Origin: Candidatus Woesearchaeota archaeon
GTDB taxonomy: Archaea > Nanobdellota > Nanobdellia > Pacearchaeales > GW2011-AR1
Reading direction: 5' to 3'
DNA: 64,000 nucleotides
Assembly (NCBI GenBank): GCA_964639615.1
Contig: CAZXHH010000003.1
Location: 18,294 to 82,293 of the forward strand
The position numbers were made by a program, and so were the translations under genes. Shown here piece by piece: positions 53,120 to 62,454 of the stretch. The stretch's first letter is position 1. Each line of letters starts with the position of its first letter. The notes below the pieces were generated by a model that worked only from the letters and a program-made list of their open reading frames with translations, had not been told where the DNA came from and did not search any database.

Positions 53120-53482
53120 ATGCCAAAAAAAGCAACTGAAAAAGAAGAAATTAAAGAAGAAAAAATAGAAGAAAGACCAAAAAAGCTTAGTCAAGAAGAA
53201 TATGAAAAGAAAGTAATAGAGCTTGGAGCTAAAGGACTGACTTCTGAAAAAATAGGAGAAGAATTGAAAAAACAGAATATTCATTCAAAAGATTATAATA
53301 AAAAAATTTCTAAGATTTTAGGAAGCAAATATATTAATCCTGACTTAAAAAATACTGAAGAAAAGCTTCGAAAAATAGAAGCACATATGGAAAAAAACAA
53401 ACAAGATAAAAAAGCAATGAGAGAAAGAAGCAGAGTATTTTCGCAAGTAAGAAAAGTCAAGAAATATCTTAAACAATTATAA
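53120..53482 (+). CDS. rps15: 30S ribosomal protein S15 (S13e), short form
   Basis: The pattern LTSEKIGEELKK...KKISKIL...NPDLKNTEEKLRKIEAHMEKNKQDKKAMRERSRVFSQVRKVKKYLK parallels S13e. It sits in the conserved archaeal neighbourhood directly upstream of the RecJ-like gene. Confidence 0.55.
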   Translation: MPKKATEKEEIKEEKIEERPKKLSQEEYEKKVIELGAKGLTSEKIGEELKKQNIHSKDYNKKISKILGSKYINPDLKNTEEKLRKIEAHMEKNKQDKKAMRERSRVFSQVRKVKKYLKQL

Positions 53483-53496
53483 CTCTTTATATTAAA

Positions 53497-54837
53497 ATGA
53501 GAAAAGAGGATGAAATTTTAGAAGAAAGAATTAAGTCTTTTATGCAGGAATTCATAAACAAACTTGATAACAAGGAGGCAATTATAGTAAGTCATTTTGA
53601 TACAGATGGGATTACTTCTGCAGCAATAATGATTCAGAGTCTAAAAAAATTAGATAAAAAATTTTCATTAAAAATAGTTAAAAGCCTTGAAGAAAAATTT
53701 ATCTCAGAATTACCAAAAGATAAATTAATTTTATTCTTAGATTTAGCTTCTGGAAGTTTTTCTCACATTAAAAATGCTGGGCTTTCCGATGTTTTTATTA
53801 TAGATCATCACGAAGTTTCAAATGAATTGCCTGAAAACGTAAGAATAATTAATCCTCACTTAATTAATAATCAAAAAATAAGCAGCTCCGGTTTAACTTA
53901 TCTCTGCTGCAAACAAATAAATCCTGAAATAAAAGAACTTGCAAAACTTGCAATACTTGGGATGATTGGAGATTGCTTAGAAAAAGAGATTGATTCTCTA
54001 AACAATGGAATTTTAGAAGAAAGCGGAGTTCAAAGAAAAAGAGGATTGCTTATTTATCCATCAACTCGGCCATTAAATAGAGTTCTTGAATATTCTTCAA
54101 ATCCTTATATCCCTGAAGTTACAGGAAATTTAAAAGGGGTTTTAGAATTACTGAGAGAAACAGGATTAGTTCCAGAAAATGGAAAATACAAAAGCTTAAT
54201 GGAATTGGATGAAAAAGAAATGAAAAGTCTAACCACAGCAATACTATTAAGAAATCCAAAAATAAAAAGCAAAGACCTAATTGGAGACATATTCTTAATA
54301 AAGATGTTTAATAAAATAGAAGATGCAAGAGACTTAAGCGCAGTAATAAATGCCTGCTCTCGTTCTGGAAAATCAGAATTAGCAGTACAATATTGTTTAG
54401 AAATCTCTTCTTCAAAAAAGAATGTTGAACTAGCTCACATAAAATATAAACAAAACATTATTTCTGGTTTAAATTTTGTTTCTGAAACAGAGAAAATACA
54501 AGGAAGGGGATTTGTTATCATTAATGCACAAGACAATATTAAAGATACTATGATTGGAACAATTGCAAGTATAATTTCAAATTCTTCTCTTTATGAAGAA
54601 GGAACTATTGTAACAACAATGGCTTATTATTCTAATAAAATAAAGGTTTCATCAAGAATTGTAGGAAAAAGTGGAGGAAGAAACCTTCGAGAATTATTAA
54701 GCAAAATTGTAAATGATACTGGTGGAGAAATAGGTGGACACGAACATGCTGCAGGTTGCATAATTAGTAAAGAAAAAGAAAAAGAATTTATTGACCTTTT
54801 CAAAAAAAATCTAGAAATTGAGATGATTCAGATTTAA
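53497..54837 (+). CDS. DHH-family phosphoesterase, RecJ/Cdc45-like (GAN, GINS-associated nuclease)
   Basis: DHH motif I (IVSHFDTDGITSAAIM) and motif III (FIIDHHEV), with a DHHA1-like C-terminus ending GGHEHAAG. Confidence 0.7.
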   Translation: MRKEDEILEERIKSFMQEFINKLDNKEAIIVSHFDTDGITSAAIMIQSLKKLDKKFSLKIVKSLEEKFISELPKDKLILFLDLASGSFSHIKNAGLSDVFIIDHHEVSNELPENVRIINPHLINNQKISSSGLTYLCCKQINPEIKELAKLAILGMIGDCLEKEIDSLNNGILEESGVQRKRGLLIYPSTRPLNRVLEYSSNPYIPEVTGNLKGVLELLRETGLVPENGKYKSLMELDEKEMKSLTTAILLRNPKIKSKDLIGDIFLIKMFNKIEDARDLSAVINACSRSGKSELAVQYCLEISSSKKNVELAHIKYKQNIISGLNFVSETEKIQGRGFVIINAQDNIKDTMIGTIASIISNSSLYEEGTIVTTMAYYSNKIKVSSRIVGKSGGRNLRELLSKIVNDTGGEIGGHEHAAGCIISKEKEKEFIDLFKKNLEIEMIQI

Positions 54838-54880
54838 CTGATTCCATAACCTTTAAAATGCCTTATATTCTCTAATTTTT

Positions 54881-55591
54881 ATGGCATTAGAAGAAGGAGA
54901 TTTAATTTTATGCACAGTAGACAGGATAGCAGGGACTGTCGTTTTTGTCAAAATTGATGGGGAAGATAAAGAAGGAAGCATAATTTTAAGTGAAATTGCC
55001 CCTGGTAGAATTAGAAATCTAAGAGAATATGTAATACCTAAGAAAAAAATTGTCTGTAAGGTCCTTAAAACTGAAGGAGGGACAATAAGTCTTTCTTTAA
55101 GAAGAGTAAGCCTCAAAGAAAAAAAAGAAGTTCTTGATGAATATAAACAGGAAAAAAGCTATGAAAGTATTTTAAAAAATATTCTTGGTGAAAAAGCAGA
55201 TAGTGCTCTAGAAAAGATAAATTCAACAGGGAAGATTTATGCTTTTTTTGAAGAAGCCAGAACAAATTCCAAAAAACTTGAAGAACTAATTGGCAAGGAA
55301 AATGCAAAAAAGATTCTAGATATGATTCTAGAACAGAAGAAAAAAAAGAAGCTAATTAAAAAAACAATATCCTTAAAAACTCAGGAGCCTAATGGTTTAT
55401 ATTTGATAAAAGACGTTTTGGAAAATCCTGGACAAATAGAGATTGTTTATATCTCTGCAGGAAAATACTCTCTGAAACTAGAAACTGAAGATGGGAAGAA
55501 AGGAGAACAGGAACTAAAAACGTTTTTAGATAAAGTAGAAAAAAAATCAAAGGAGACAGGAATTCAATTTGAATTAAAAGAAAACAAGTAA
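54881..55591 (+). CDS. eif2a: Translation initiation factor 2 alpha subunit (aIF2-alpha)
   Basis: N-terminal S1 domain (GDLILCTVDRIAGTVVFVKI...GSIILSEIAPGRIRNLREYVIPKKKIVCKVLK), then helical and alpha-beta domains. Confidence 0.75.
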   Translation: MALEEGDLILCTVDRIAGTVVFVKIDGEDKEGSIILSEIAPGRIRNLREYVIPKKKIVCKVLKTEGGTISLSLRRVSLKEKKEVLDEYKQEKSYESILKNILGEKADSALEKINSTGKIYAFFEEARTNSKKLEELIGKENAKKILDMILEQKKKKKLIKKTISLKTQEPNGLYLIKDVLENPGQIEIVYISAGKYSLKLETEDGKKGEQELKTFLDKVEKKSKETGIQFELKENK

Positions 55592-55592
55592 A

Positions 55593-55982
55593 ATGACAGA
55601 CAAATTTAATGTAAAAATCATAGGAATTTTATTTAATCCTTCAGCAAAGAAAATATTAATTGGGAAAAATAATGGAGATAAAAACTTAAGTTTTCTTGAA
55701 GGAGATTTGATGTATGATGAAGAACTAGATGTGGGATTAAAAAGGGTTGCAAAAGAAAAAACAGGATATATTATACATAATCTTGGTGCAGTTTATGCAG
55801 AAAACAGATTAAAAGATAAACAAGCTCTTAGAATCTATTTTTTATGTGAAGCAACAGAAGGGAAAGAGACTCCAGGGAAAAAAGTTGCTGAGTTAAAATG
55901 GATAAACCCTAAAGAAATTGAAAAGCATTTAAACAAGAAGCTTCCAACTAGGCTTAAAGAATATGTATTTGGCTTAGGATGA
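55593..55982 (+). CDS. Nudix-like hydrolase (degenerate Nudix box)
   Basis: GDLMYDEELDVGLKRVAKEKTGY approximates Gx5Ex7REUxEExGU, with the second Glu position substituted. Confidence 0.3.
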   Translation: MTDKFNVKIIGILFNPSAKKILIGKNNGDKNLSFLEGDLMYDEELDVGLKRVAKEKTGYIIHNLGAVYAENRLKDKQALRIYFLCEATEGKETPGKKVAELKWINPKEIEKHLNKKLPTRLKEYVFGLG

Positions 55983-56174
55983 AATTAAAATTTTATATTA
56001 ATTCTGAAAATAAAAAGATTTATACTTTAAAAGAAGAAATTAATTCTGAAAAAACAAAAGAAGCACATTACAAATTTTTAGGATTAAGAGATGCTCCCAC
56101 AATGCATAGGGATTAAGATTAATATCTTTCTGAATAATAATTTTTAAAAAGAAGTAATTCATTAAAAATCTAAA

Positions 56175-56468
56175 ATGAAGACTGAGGCGAATTATTCTAG
56201 GAAATATAAGAAAAAAGAAGAGAACAGTTATTATTCTCTCATAGGGGAAATCAGAAAAAATTCTATAGAAGAGACGACAGATCCAAGAAAATTTTTACTT
56301 TTTGATGGAGATTTTTTATTGCGCCTCTCTTCAGATTTAGGGTTTATTGGAAATAGTTATACTGCCAGAGTAAAAATTGAAAAATGGGGTAAAAATTTGG
56401 AACAACAATCAGAAATTGAAAAAATATTAATTGAAAAAAAATTTAAATTAGATAGAAACTCAAAATAA
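56175..56468 (+). CDS. Hypothetical protein
   Basis: 97-aa ORF. I recognise no family. Confidence 0.25.
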   Translation: MKTEANYSRKYKKKEENSYYSLIGEIRKNSIEETTDPRKFLLFDGDFLLRLSSDLGFIGNSYTARVKIEKWGKNLEQQSEIEKILIEKKFKLDRNSK

Positions 56469-57680
56469 TCTTTTTTGTTTTTCATTTTCTTCAATCTCAC
56501 CATATTTTCCATCATATCCAGGTTTAACTTTTATTTTTCCTTCACGATTATCTAAGATAAGTTGAATTAATTTTGTGTTCTTTTCAAGTTCAGGAAGTAA
56601 ATCCTCTTTTTTAACATTTAAAAGAATTTCAAATTCATTTCCAAATTTAGCAATAAGTGCATCATAAACCTCCCAAGTTTTTTTGCTTTCCAATCTTGAA
56701 GAGATACTAAAAGCAATTAACTCGTGAAGAGGCAATAGCGTAAAGTACTTTTTTCTGTTTCTATTCTCTTCAATTATCTGATCTTTAATTTCTTCAATTC
56801 TATTTGCAACACCTATTGTAAGAGATTTTCCACAAACAGGACAAACTCCATTAATTTTCTTTGTTTCTTCTGGAGAACTTGAAAAATTACAATCCTTATG
56901 TCCATCAAAATGATAAATTCCATATCCCGGATCAGTTTCAATTGTTCCCAAAATTTTATTTTCTCTTATTGAATTTAGAACATCAGAATAACTTTCAACT
57001 TTTTCTAAAATTGTTGCTTCTCTTCCAATTCTCCAAGGCCAAAAACTATGACTATCTGAAAAACTCACTATTGCTCTTTTATTTAATTCAGACAAATGCC
57101 AATTCATTTCGGGGTCAGAACTCATTCCTGTTTCAATTGCATGAATATTTTTTTCCTGTTCTCCAAAAGCTTCTTTCAAACTATCAAAACCAGATTTGCT
57201 TCCAAATACTCCAAAATAGGGGGTCCATACATGTGCAGGAATTACTTCAATCTCTTTTGAAATTTCAAGCATATCTTTTACAAATTGTTCACAGGAAATT
57301 TTGAATATTGGCCTACCATCATAATCTCTTCTTCCTTTCTTATCTAAATACTCATTAATTTTATCTGCAGTTTCAAAATTAGGAATTAAAAGAACCAAAT
57401 GAACTCTTCTTCCTCTTCCCTGAGTGTACATTAAACTTATTTCTCCTGTTAATAAAAATTTAAATCCTGTTTTAGAATACAAAATTCCATTTTTTTCAGT
57501 TAAATTTTCTTTTAACTCTTTAAGCCAAAGCGGATGACTAAAATCTCCTGTTCCTAAAAGACCTAAGCCCTTAATTCTAGCCCATTTTTCCAAATTTGCA
57601 ATTGTTATATCCTTAGAACACGCTCTTGAAAATCTTGAATGAATATGCAAATCCGCAAAAACTCCAGTTATTTTTTCCAT
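56460..57680 (-). CDS. endoQ: Endonuclease Q (EndoQ, PHP-domain deaminated-base endonuclease)
   Basis: N-terminal ADLHIHSRFSRACS PHP motif, further His-rich metal sites, and a C-terminal Zn finger (CPVCGKSL), at ~406 aa. Confidence 0.65.
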   Translation of the reverse strand: MEKITGVFADLHIHSRFSRACSKDITIANLEKWARIKGLGLLGTGDFSHPLWLKELKENLTEKNGILYSKTGFKFLLTGEISLMYTQGRGRRVHLVLLIPNFETADKINEYLDKKGRRDYDGRPIFKISCEQFVKDMLEISKEIEVIPAHVWTPYFGVFGSKSGFDSLKEAFGEQEKNIHAIETGMSSDPEMNWHLSELNKRAIVSFSDSHSFWPWRIGREATILEKVESYSDVLNSIRENKILGTIETDPGYGIYHFDGHKDCNFSSSPEETKKINGVCPVCGKSLTIGVANRIEEIKDQIIEENRNRKKYFTLLPLHELIAFSISSRLESKKTWEVYDALIAKFGNEFEILLNVKKEDLLPELEKNTKLIQLILDNREGKIKVKPGYDGKYGEIEENEKQKRLF

Positions 57681-57681
57681 T

Positions 57682-58035
57682 TTACAAATATTTACTAAAA
57701 TTTTTAGTTTCTAGAATTTTATCCAAATCGTCAACATCTTTTTCTTTTCCAGGACCATAGATATCTTTAATCTTCAAAACAATTATTTTATTTCTATTAA
57801 TATTGAATTTTTTAATTAAATCTTCTTTCATATAATCTTCCATAACAAAAATCCAGTCCATTTTAGCTAACATCCTCTTATTAACTTTTTTTCCTAAAAT
57901 CATAGAAATTAATCCAAGGCCAGCAGAAGAAACATTACCCTCTTTCTTTTTGCCTTTCAAAAAACCTCGAAAAAACTCTGCTCCATATCTACTTCTTATA
58001 AAGTTATGCTGACATATAAAAAGGTAATTTTTCAT
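57682..58035 (-). CDS. Low-molecular-weight protein-tyrosine phosphatase / ArsC-like protein
   Basis: CX5R P-loop at the N-terminus (LFICQHNFIRSRYGAEFF), at ~117 aa. Confidence 0.5.
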   Translation of the reverse strand: MKNYLFICQHNFIRSRYGAEFFRGFLKGKKKEGNVSSAGLGLISMILGKKVNKRMLAKMDWIFVMEDYMKEDLIKKFNINRNKIIVLKIKDIYGPGKEKDVDDLDKILETKNFSKYL

Positions 58036-58088
58036 AACAAGAAAAACAAATAAAACTTTTTAAACTCTGTTGTAAAAATATATTTACA

Positions 58089-58541
58089 ATGACAACTGAA
58101 AAAGTTTTAGTTTTGATAAAACCAGATGCAATGGCAAAACAACTTGCAGGAATAATAATTCATGATATTTCAAAATTAAATCTAAAAATGATTGGATTAA
58201 AACTAGTAAATGTTCAGAAGCATCTTGCTGAAAAGCACTATGAAGAACACAAAGAAAAACCATTCTATCCAGATTTGTTAAAATATATCATGGGAGAATT
58301 CCATAATGTTAAATCTATTATTGCAATTGCTTATGAAGGAGAAGATGCAATAAAACGCCTCAGAGAATATGCTGGAAAAACAAATCCAGACGATGCAAAC
58401 CCTTTAACCTTAAGAGGAAAATATGGAAAAGTAAATTCAAAAACAAATAATTTTGATAATGTTATGCACATCTCAGATTCTCCGCAAAATGGTGAAAAAG
58501 AAATAGCAATCTGGTTTTCTAAAGAAGAATTAGTTGAATAA
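58089..58541 (+). CDS. ndk: Nucleoside diphosphate kinase
   Basis: Matches the NDK pattern: VLVLIKPDAM, EKPFYPDLLKYIMGE, NPLTLRGKYG, and the NVMHISDS active-site His. Confidence 0.8.
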   Translation: MTTEKVLVLIKPDAMAKQLAGIIIHDISKLNLKMIGLKLVNVQKHLAEKHYEEHKEKPFYPDLLKYIMGEFHNVKSIIAIAYEGEDAIKRLREYAGKTNPDDANPLTLRGKYGKVNSKTNNFDNVMHISDSPQNGEKEIAIWFSKEELVE

Positions 58542-58555
58542 GTTATTTTAATATT

Positions 58556-58843
58556 TTATTTTCCATAACATCCAATATAAAATTGTAAATTTTCAACACA
58601 ATATTTTTGTCCAATGCTTTTTATTTCTCTTTCGTAATTATTTTCTCCAGATAATTTTCTACCTTGTAAATCTGGAATTATATTAAATCCGGTATCAATT
58701 TTAAAAGATTTAATTTTTATTCCTGCAATTTCATGTTTGTCAAAAAAATCAGATAATTCCCTTTCTAATTTTTCCAATTTAGGAACTTGTTTAACTTCAA
58801 TATGGAGATATGTATCAATTAGAGGTATGTTAAGAATTCCCAT
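58556..58843 (-). CDS. Hypothetical protein
   Basis: 95-aa ORF downstream of radA. I recognise no family. Confidence 0.25.
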   Translation of the reverse strand: MGILNIPLIDTYLHIEVKQVPKLEKLERELSDFFDKHEIAGIKIKSFKIDTGFNIIPDLQGRKLSGENNYEREIKSIGQKYCVENLQFYIGCYGK

Positions 58844-58844
58844 T

Positions 58845-59072
58845 TTATTTTTTAACTTCAGTTTCTAAATTATTTTCTTTTTCAAGAGGAACTTTTACAG
58901 TTAATTCTTGTTGAGAATATAAATAGCATTTTTTATAATTCATACATACACAAACAGTCTCATTCCCTTCATCTTTTGGAGATTGACATCTTCCTTGTTG
59001 ATTTACATAATCACAATTTAGGCTCATTTTATTTTCTAAAAGGGATAAATTTACCTTGATACTTTTCTTCAA
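58845..59072 (-). CDS. Small Cys-containing hypothetical protein
   Basis: 75 aa with 6 Cys. It overlaps the next ORF by 44 nt. Confidence 0.2.
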   Translation of the reverse strand: MKKSIKVNLSLLENKMSLNCDYVNQQGRCQSPKDEGNETVCVCMNYKKCYLYSQQELTVKVPLEKENNLETEVKK

Positions 59073-59325
59073 AATCTTTCATCTGCTTTCTTGTAATTAC
59101 AGAATTCCACCCTTTAGTTAAAGTATTTTCTTTACCTTTTTCTACAAAAGGTATTTCTGAAACAAATAATCCCTCTAAAGAACCAATAGTTCTAGAAGAT
59201 TCATTCCAAGGTTGGGCATAAACTATTACATCCCAATTGTCTTCATCTTTTGGTAGACTAACTCTTGAAGCATCATAGAATTTACCATATGGATAAATAT
59301 TTTTATTCACACTAATCTCAACCAT
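59029..59325 (-). CDS. Hypothetical protein
   Basis: 98-aa ORF immediately downstream of radA. Confidence 0.25.
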   Translation of the reverse strand: MVEISVNKNIYPYGKFYDASRVSLPKDEDNWDVIVYAQPWNESSRTIGSLEGLFVSEIPFVEKGKENTLTKGWNSVITRKQMKDFEEKYQGKFIPFRK

Positions 59326-59326
59326 T

Positions 59327-60361
59327 TTACTCTTCCTTATCGCTCAATCCACCTGTTGTAACATAATAAACAGTTTCATTATCAGGCAAATTAGGACTAT
59401 CGATAAGTTTTGCAACTCTTGAACCTTGTTTTCCTCTTCTTAAATATAATCTATAAGTTGATGCATGTCCAACAATATTTCCCCCAATAGCAGTTGTTGG
59501 GTCTCCAAACATTTGTGCAGGATTTGCCATTACTTGATTTGTAACATAAACTGCAAGATTGTAAGTTTCAGCAATCTTCATTAAATCATGCATGTATCTA
59601 TTAAGCTTCTGTTGTCTGTCTGCTAACTGTCCTCTTCCTGAAAATTCTGCTCTAAAATGTGCAGTCAATGAATCTATAATCATTAACTTAATTGGTTCTC
59701 CGGCTTTTATCATCTCGTTTACTTTTTCTAAAAGAAGCATTTGATGGTCTGAGTTAAAAGCTCTTGCAACAAAAATATTTTTCAAAACTTTTTCAGGATT
59801 TGCTCCAATTCCCTCTGCAATCTGCTTTATTCTGGCAGGTCTGAAAGTTCCTTCAGTATCTATGAAAACACACTTTCCATTTGCACCTCCATTCTCAACT
59901 GGCAACTGAACTCTAACAGCTAAAGTCAATCCCAGCTGAGTTTTTCCACTACCGTAGGCGCCAAAGGCTTCTGTAATAGCTCTACTTTCAACTCCTCTTC
60001 CACCCAAAAGATCATCAAAATTTTTACTTCCAGTAGTAATATAAGAAATATTCTGTCTTTTTTGTGCAAACTCCAAACCATCAGTAAATCCCAAATCAAG
60101 CATTTCTCGTGCAGCCTGAATTGCTTTTCTTGCAACAGCAGGACTCACACCAGACATGTCAGATATTGAAGCAGGACTAGCAACAGCTAATGACATTAAA
60201 TCAAAAATTCCTCCACTTTCTAGCTTTGCAGCAACAGCAGGTCCAATTCCAGGTAAATCAGTTAAACTTAATTCTTTTTCACCTTTCTTTTTAGATTTTT
60301 TTTCTTCTTTTTCCTCTTTTTCTTCCAATTCTTCTTCGTCTTTTTCTTTAGGCATACTCAC
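59327..60361 (-). CDS. radA: DNA repair and recombination protein RadA
   Basis: N-terminal HhH (LTDLPGIGPAVAAKLESGG), Walker A (GAYGSGKTQL) and Walker B (LMIIDSLTAHFRAEF), at 344 aa. Confidence 0.9.
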   Translation of the reverse strand: MSMPKEKDEEELEEKEEKEEKKSKKKGEKELSLTDLPGIGPAVAAKLESGGIFDLMSLAVASPASISDMSGVSPAVARKAIQAAREMLDLGFTDGLEFAQKRQNISYITTGSKNFDDLLGGRGVESRAITEAFGAYGSGKTQLGLTLAVRVQLPVENGGANGKCVFIDTEGTFRPARIKQIAEGIGANPEKVLKNIFVARAFNSDHQMLLLEKVNEMIKAGEPIKLMIIDSLTAHFRAEFSGRGQLADRQQKLNRYMHDLMKIAETYNLAVYVTNQVMANPAQMFGDPTTAIGGNIVGHASTYRLYLRRGKQGSRVAKLIDSPNLPDNETVYYVTTGGLSDKEE

Positions 60362-60449
60362 TCAAACTTCATCCTCTTTATAAAGATTATTTGTGTAATA
60401 AATATATATTAAAAATCTCCAAAATCCTTTTAATAACTAATTTTAAAAA

Positions 60450-61397
60450 TTAATTTTTTTCTAAATTTGTAATAAGTTCATCCAAATTAACTTCTTTTAA
60501 AGAATCAACAATAAATTCTTCATTATTAAAAAAATTATTTTTTCTTACATTACCAGAAAAAATCATTTCTTTGCCTAAGAGTCCTTCAATTTGAAGAGCT
60601 AACCTCTCAGGATTATCAAAATCTCTTATCCCCAATGCAGAAAGATTTTCATTAAATAAAACTGCTCTTATAGTTTCTGTTCCATCATCTAAAACGATAT
60701 TAATTAAGGCTCTTCTTTCAGCTTCAACTCCTTTTTCTTTTTCACTCTCAGTCATCTTTCTTCCAGTTTCTTTGCTTACTTCAAAAAATTTAGGCTGAAA
60801 AGATTGAACAACAAATGCTCGTACAGAAAGCTGATCTCCAATTCTAAACTCAGAAATCTTTTTTTCTTTTGATATTTTTTCGGTTTTCACCCCTTCAATT
60901 TTCTGAGTACTTTTTTTAAATTCAGAAAAGCTTCCAAGATGCATTTCATTCTCCCTCATAGATGCATTGCCAATTTCAATAACATCGTCTTCTTTTATTT
61001 CACCTTTCTCAACTAATGCAATATGATTTGTATCCCACAAAACAACTTTGATATTTGAAGTTTCATCTGCAAGAATTAAATTTAAAACTTTTCCATCATC
61101 TCCTTTTTGAGTTTTAAACGACCTAACTGGAAAAAGCTTGATTATCTTCCCACAAATATTTATTTTTCTCATTCCAGGAAGCAACTCGTCAATCTTTAAT
61201 TTTTCATTTTCAAAATTAATTCCCAATTCAGCAGCAACAATCTGCGCAGCACCTTCCTGACTAATTAATCCAGAAAGTTTAGCTCTCTTAGCTTCAATTC
61301 TCCTATTAACTTCTTCAGGATTTAATCCAGAAAATTTAGCTATCTTCTCAATAATCTTTTCATAATTTCCCATCACCATAATTGAAAAAAATTTCAA
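60450..61397 (-). CDS. Replication protein A (RPA)-like single-stranded DNA-binding protein
   Basis: OB-fold signature ELLPGMRKINICGKIIKLFPVRSFKTQKGDDGKVLNLILADETSNIKVVLWD, with a second OB-like region and the N-terminal RPA helix. Confidence 0.6.
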   Translation of the reverse strand: MKFFSIMVMGNYEKIIEKIAKFSGLNPEEVNRRIEAKRAKLSGLISQEGAAQIVAAELGINFENEKLKIDELLPGMRKINICGKIIKLFPVRSFKTQKGDDGKVLNLILADETSNIKVVLWDTNHIALVEKGEIKEDDVIEIGNASMRENEMHLGSFSEFKKSTQKIEGVKTEKISKEKKISEFRIGDQLSVRAFVVQSFQPKFFEVSKETGRKMTESEKEKGVEAERRALINIVLDDGTETIRAVLFNENLSALGIRDFDNPERLALQIEGLLGKEMIFSGNVRKNNFFNNEEFIVDSLKEVNLDELITNLEKN

Positions 61398-61477
61398 TAT
61401 TTTATAAGTATTGCTATACTAAAAGAGAATACATAATTTCTCAAAATATTTATAAACTAACTTTTTTACATAAGATT

Positions 61478-61750
61478 ATGGTAGGAATAAACGGAGTAAA
61501 ATACAAATTGATGCCAGAATCTTCAGATGTAGATTTAAAAGAAATAGAAGGGGCTGCAAAAAAAATTGTTGAAGAGTTTGGAGGAAACAACAAGGAATAC
61601 TCAATTGAGGATATTGCATTTGGATTAAAAGCTGTAATTGTATTTTTCTTTTACACAGACGATAAAAACATTGATGTAATGGAAGAGAGACTAGCAAAAA
61701 TACAAAATGTTGCTTCTGCTCAACTAATTGATATGAGGAAAATTGCATAA
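61478..61750 (+). CDS. ef1b: Translation elongation factor aEF-1 beta
   Basis: MVGINGVKYKLMPESSDVDLKEIE...IAFGLKAVIVFF...SAQLIDMRKIA matches aEF-1beta (~91 aa). The ORF track extends it upstream to 61382 via an unlikely start. Confidence 0.7.
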   Translation: MVGINGVKYKLMPESSDVDLKEIEGAAKKIVEEFGGNNKEYSIEDIAFGLKAVIVFFFYTDDKNIDVMEERLAKIQNVASAQLIDMRKIA

Positions 61751-61781
61751 ACCTTATTAATATTCATTCTATTCTATTAAA

Positions 61782-62447
61782 ATGGAAATCTCAGATGAGC
61801 AAATAGAAGAATTCAAGAAGCAGATAATTAATCAGATACAATCTACTTTTCCAGAAGATAGAAAAAATTCTGCAATAGAGAACATTAATTCTATGTCTAA
61901 AGAAGAGTTTATCGATTTCTTAAAAAGAAATAATTTAATTGCAACTTCTGAAGATTCTAACTCTGAATTTGCAGAAATCAAAAATTCCGAAACAAAAGAA
62001 TCTCCATTTAGACTAATCATTGAAGGAAAAATTCCTGCATATTTAATTGAAGAAAACAAACAAGCCCTGGCAGTTCTAGAAATCCGCCCAGTTTCAAAAG
62101 CACACACTATAATAATCTCGAAGAAGCCTTTAACAGAAACAGATAAAATTCCAAAGACCCTGTTTACACTTGCAAAAAGGATAGCAAGTAGAATTAAAGA
62201 AAAGTTTAATCCTAAAGAAGTTGCAATCTCATCTTCCTTAACCTTAGGAGAGATAATAATTAATATTTTACCTGTTTATTCAAATGAATCCCTAAGTTCA
62301 CAAAGAAACCCTGCATCAAAAGAAGAGCTCGAAAGCATTAAATCTATGCTTGAAAAAAAGAAAAAAGAAAAAGTAGTTTCATTAAAACCAGCAAAAGTTA
62401 AGAAATTAGACGATACAAAAATGTGGATTCCAAGAAGAATACCTTAA
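61782..62447 (+). CDS. HIT-like domain protein (degenerate histidine triad) with a Lys-rich C-terminus
   Basis: IPAYLIEENKQALAVLEIRPVSKAHTIIISKKP resembles the HIT fold, but only one His of the HxHxHxx triad is present. Confidence 0.3.
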   Translation: MEISDEQIEEFKKQIINQIQSTFPEDRKNSAIENINSMSKEEFIDFLKRNNLIATSEDSNSEFAEIKNSETKESPFRLIIEGKIPAYLIEENKQALAVLEIRPVSKAHTIIISKKPLTETDKIPKTLFTLAKRIASRIKEKFNPKEVAISSSLTLGEIIINILPVYSNESLSSQRNPASKEELESIKSMLEKKKKEKVVSLKPAKVKKLDDTKMWIPRRIP

Positions 62448-62454
62448 ATTTTAT

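Noticed and set aside
61382-61477. N-terminal extension of the aEF-1beta ORF (MKKISIFYKYCYTKREYIISQNIYKLTFLHKI)
   Set aside because: It overlaps the divergent RPA gene start and its promoter region. aEF-1beta homologs begin at the MVGINGVKYKLMPES Met, so the extension is a start-codon artefact.
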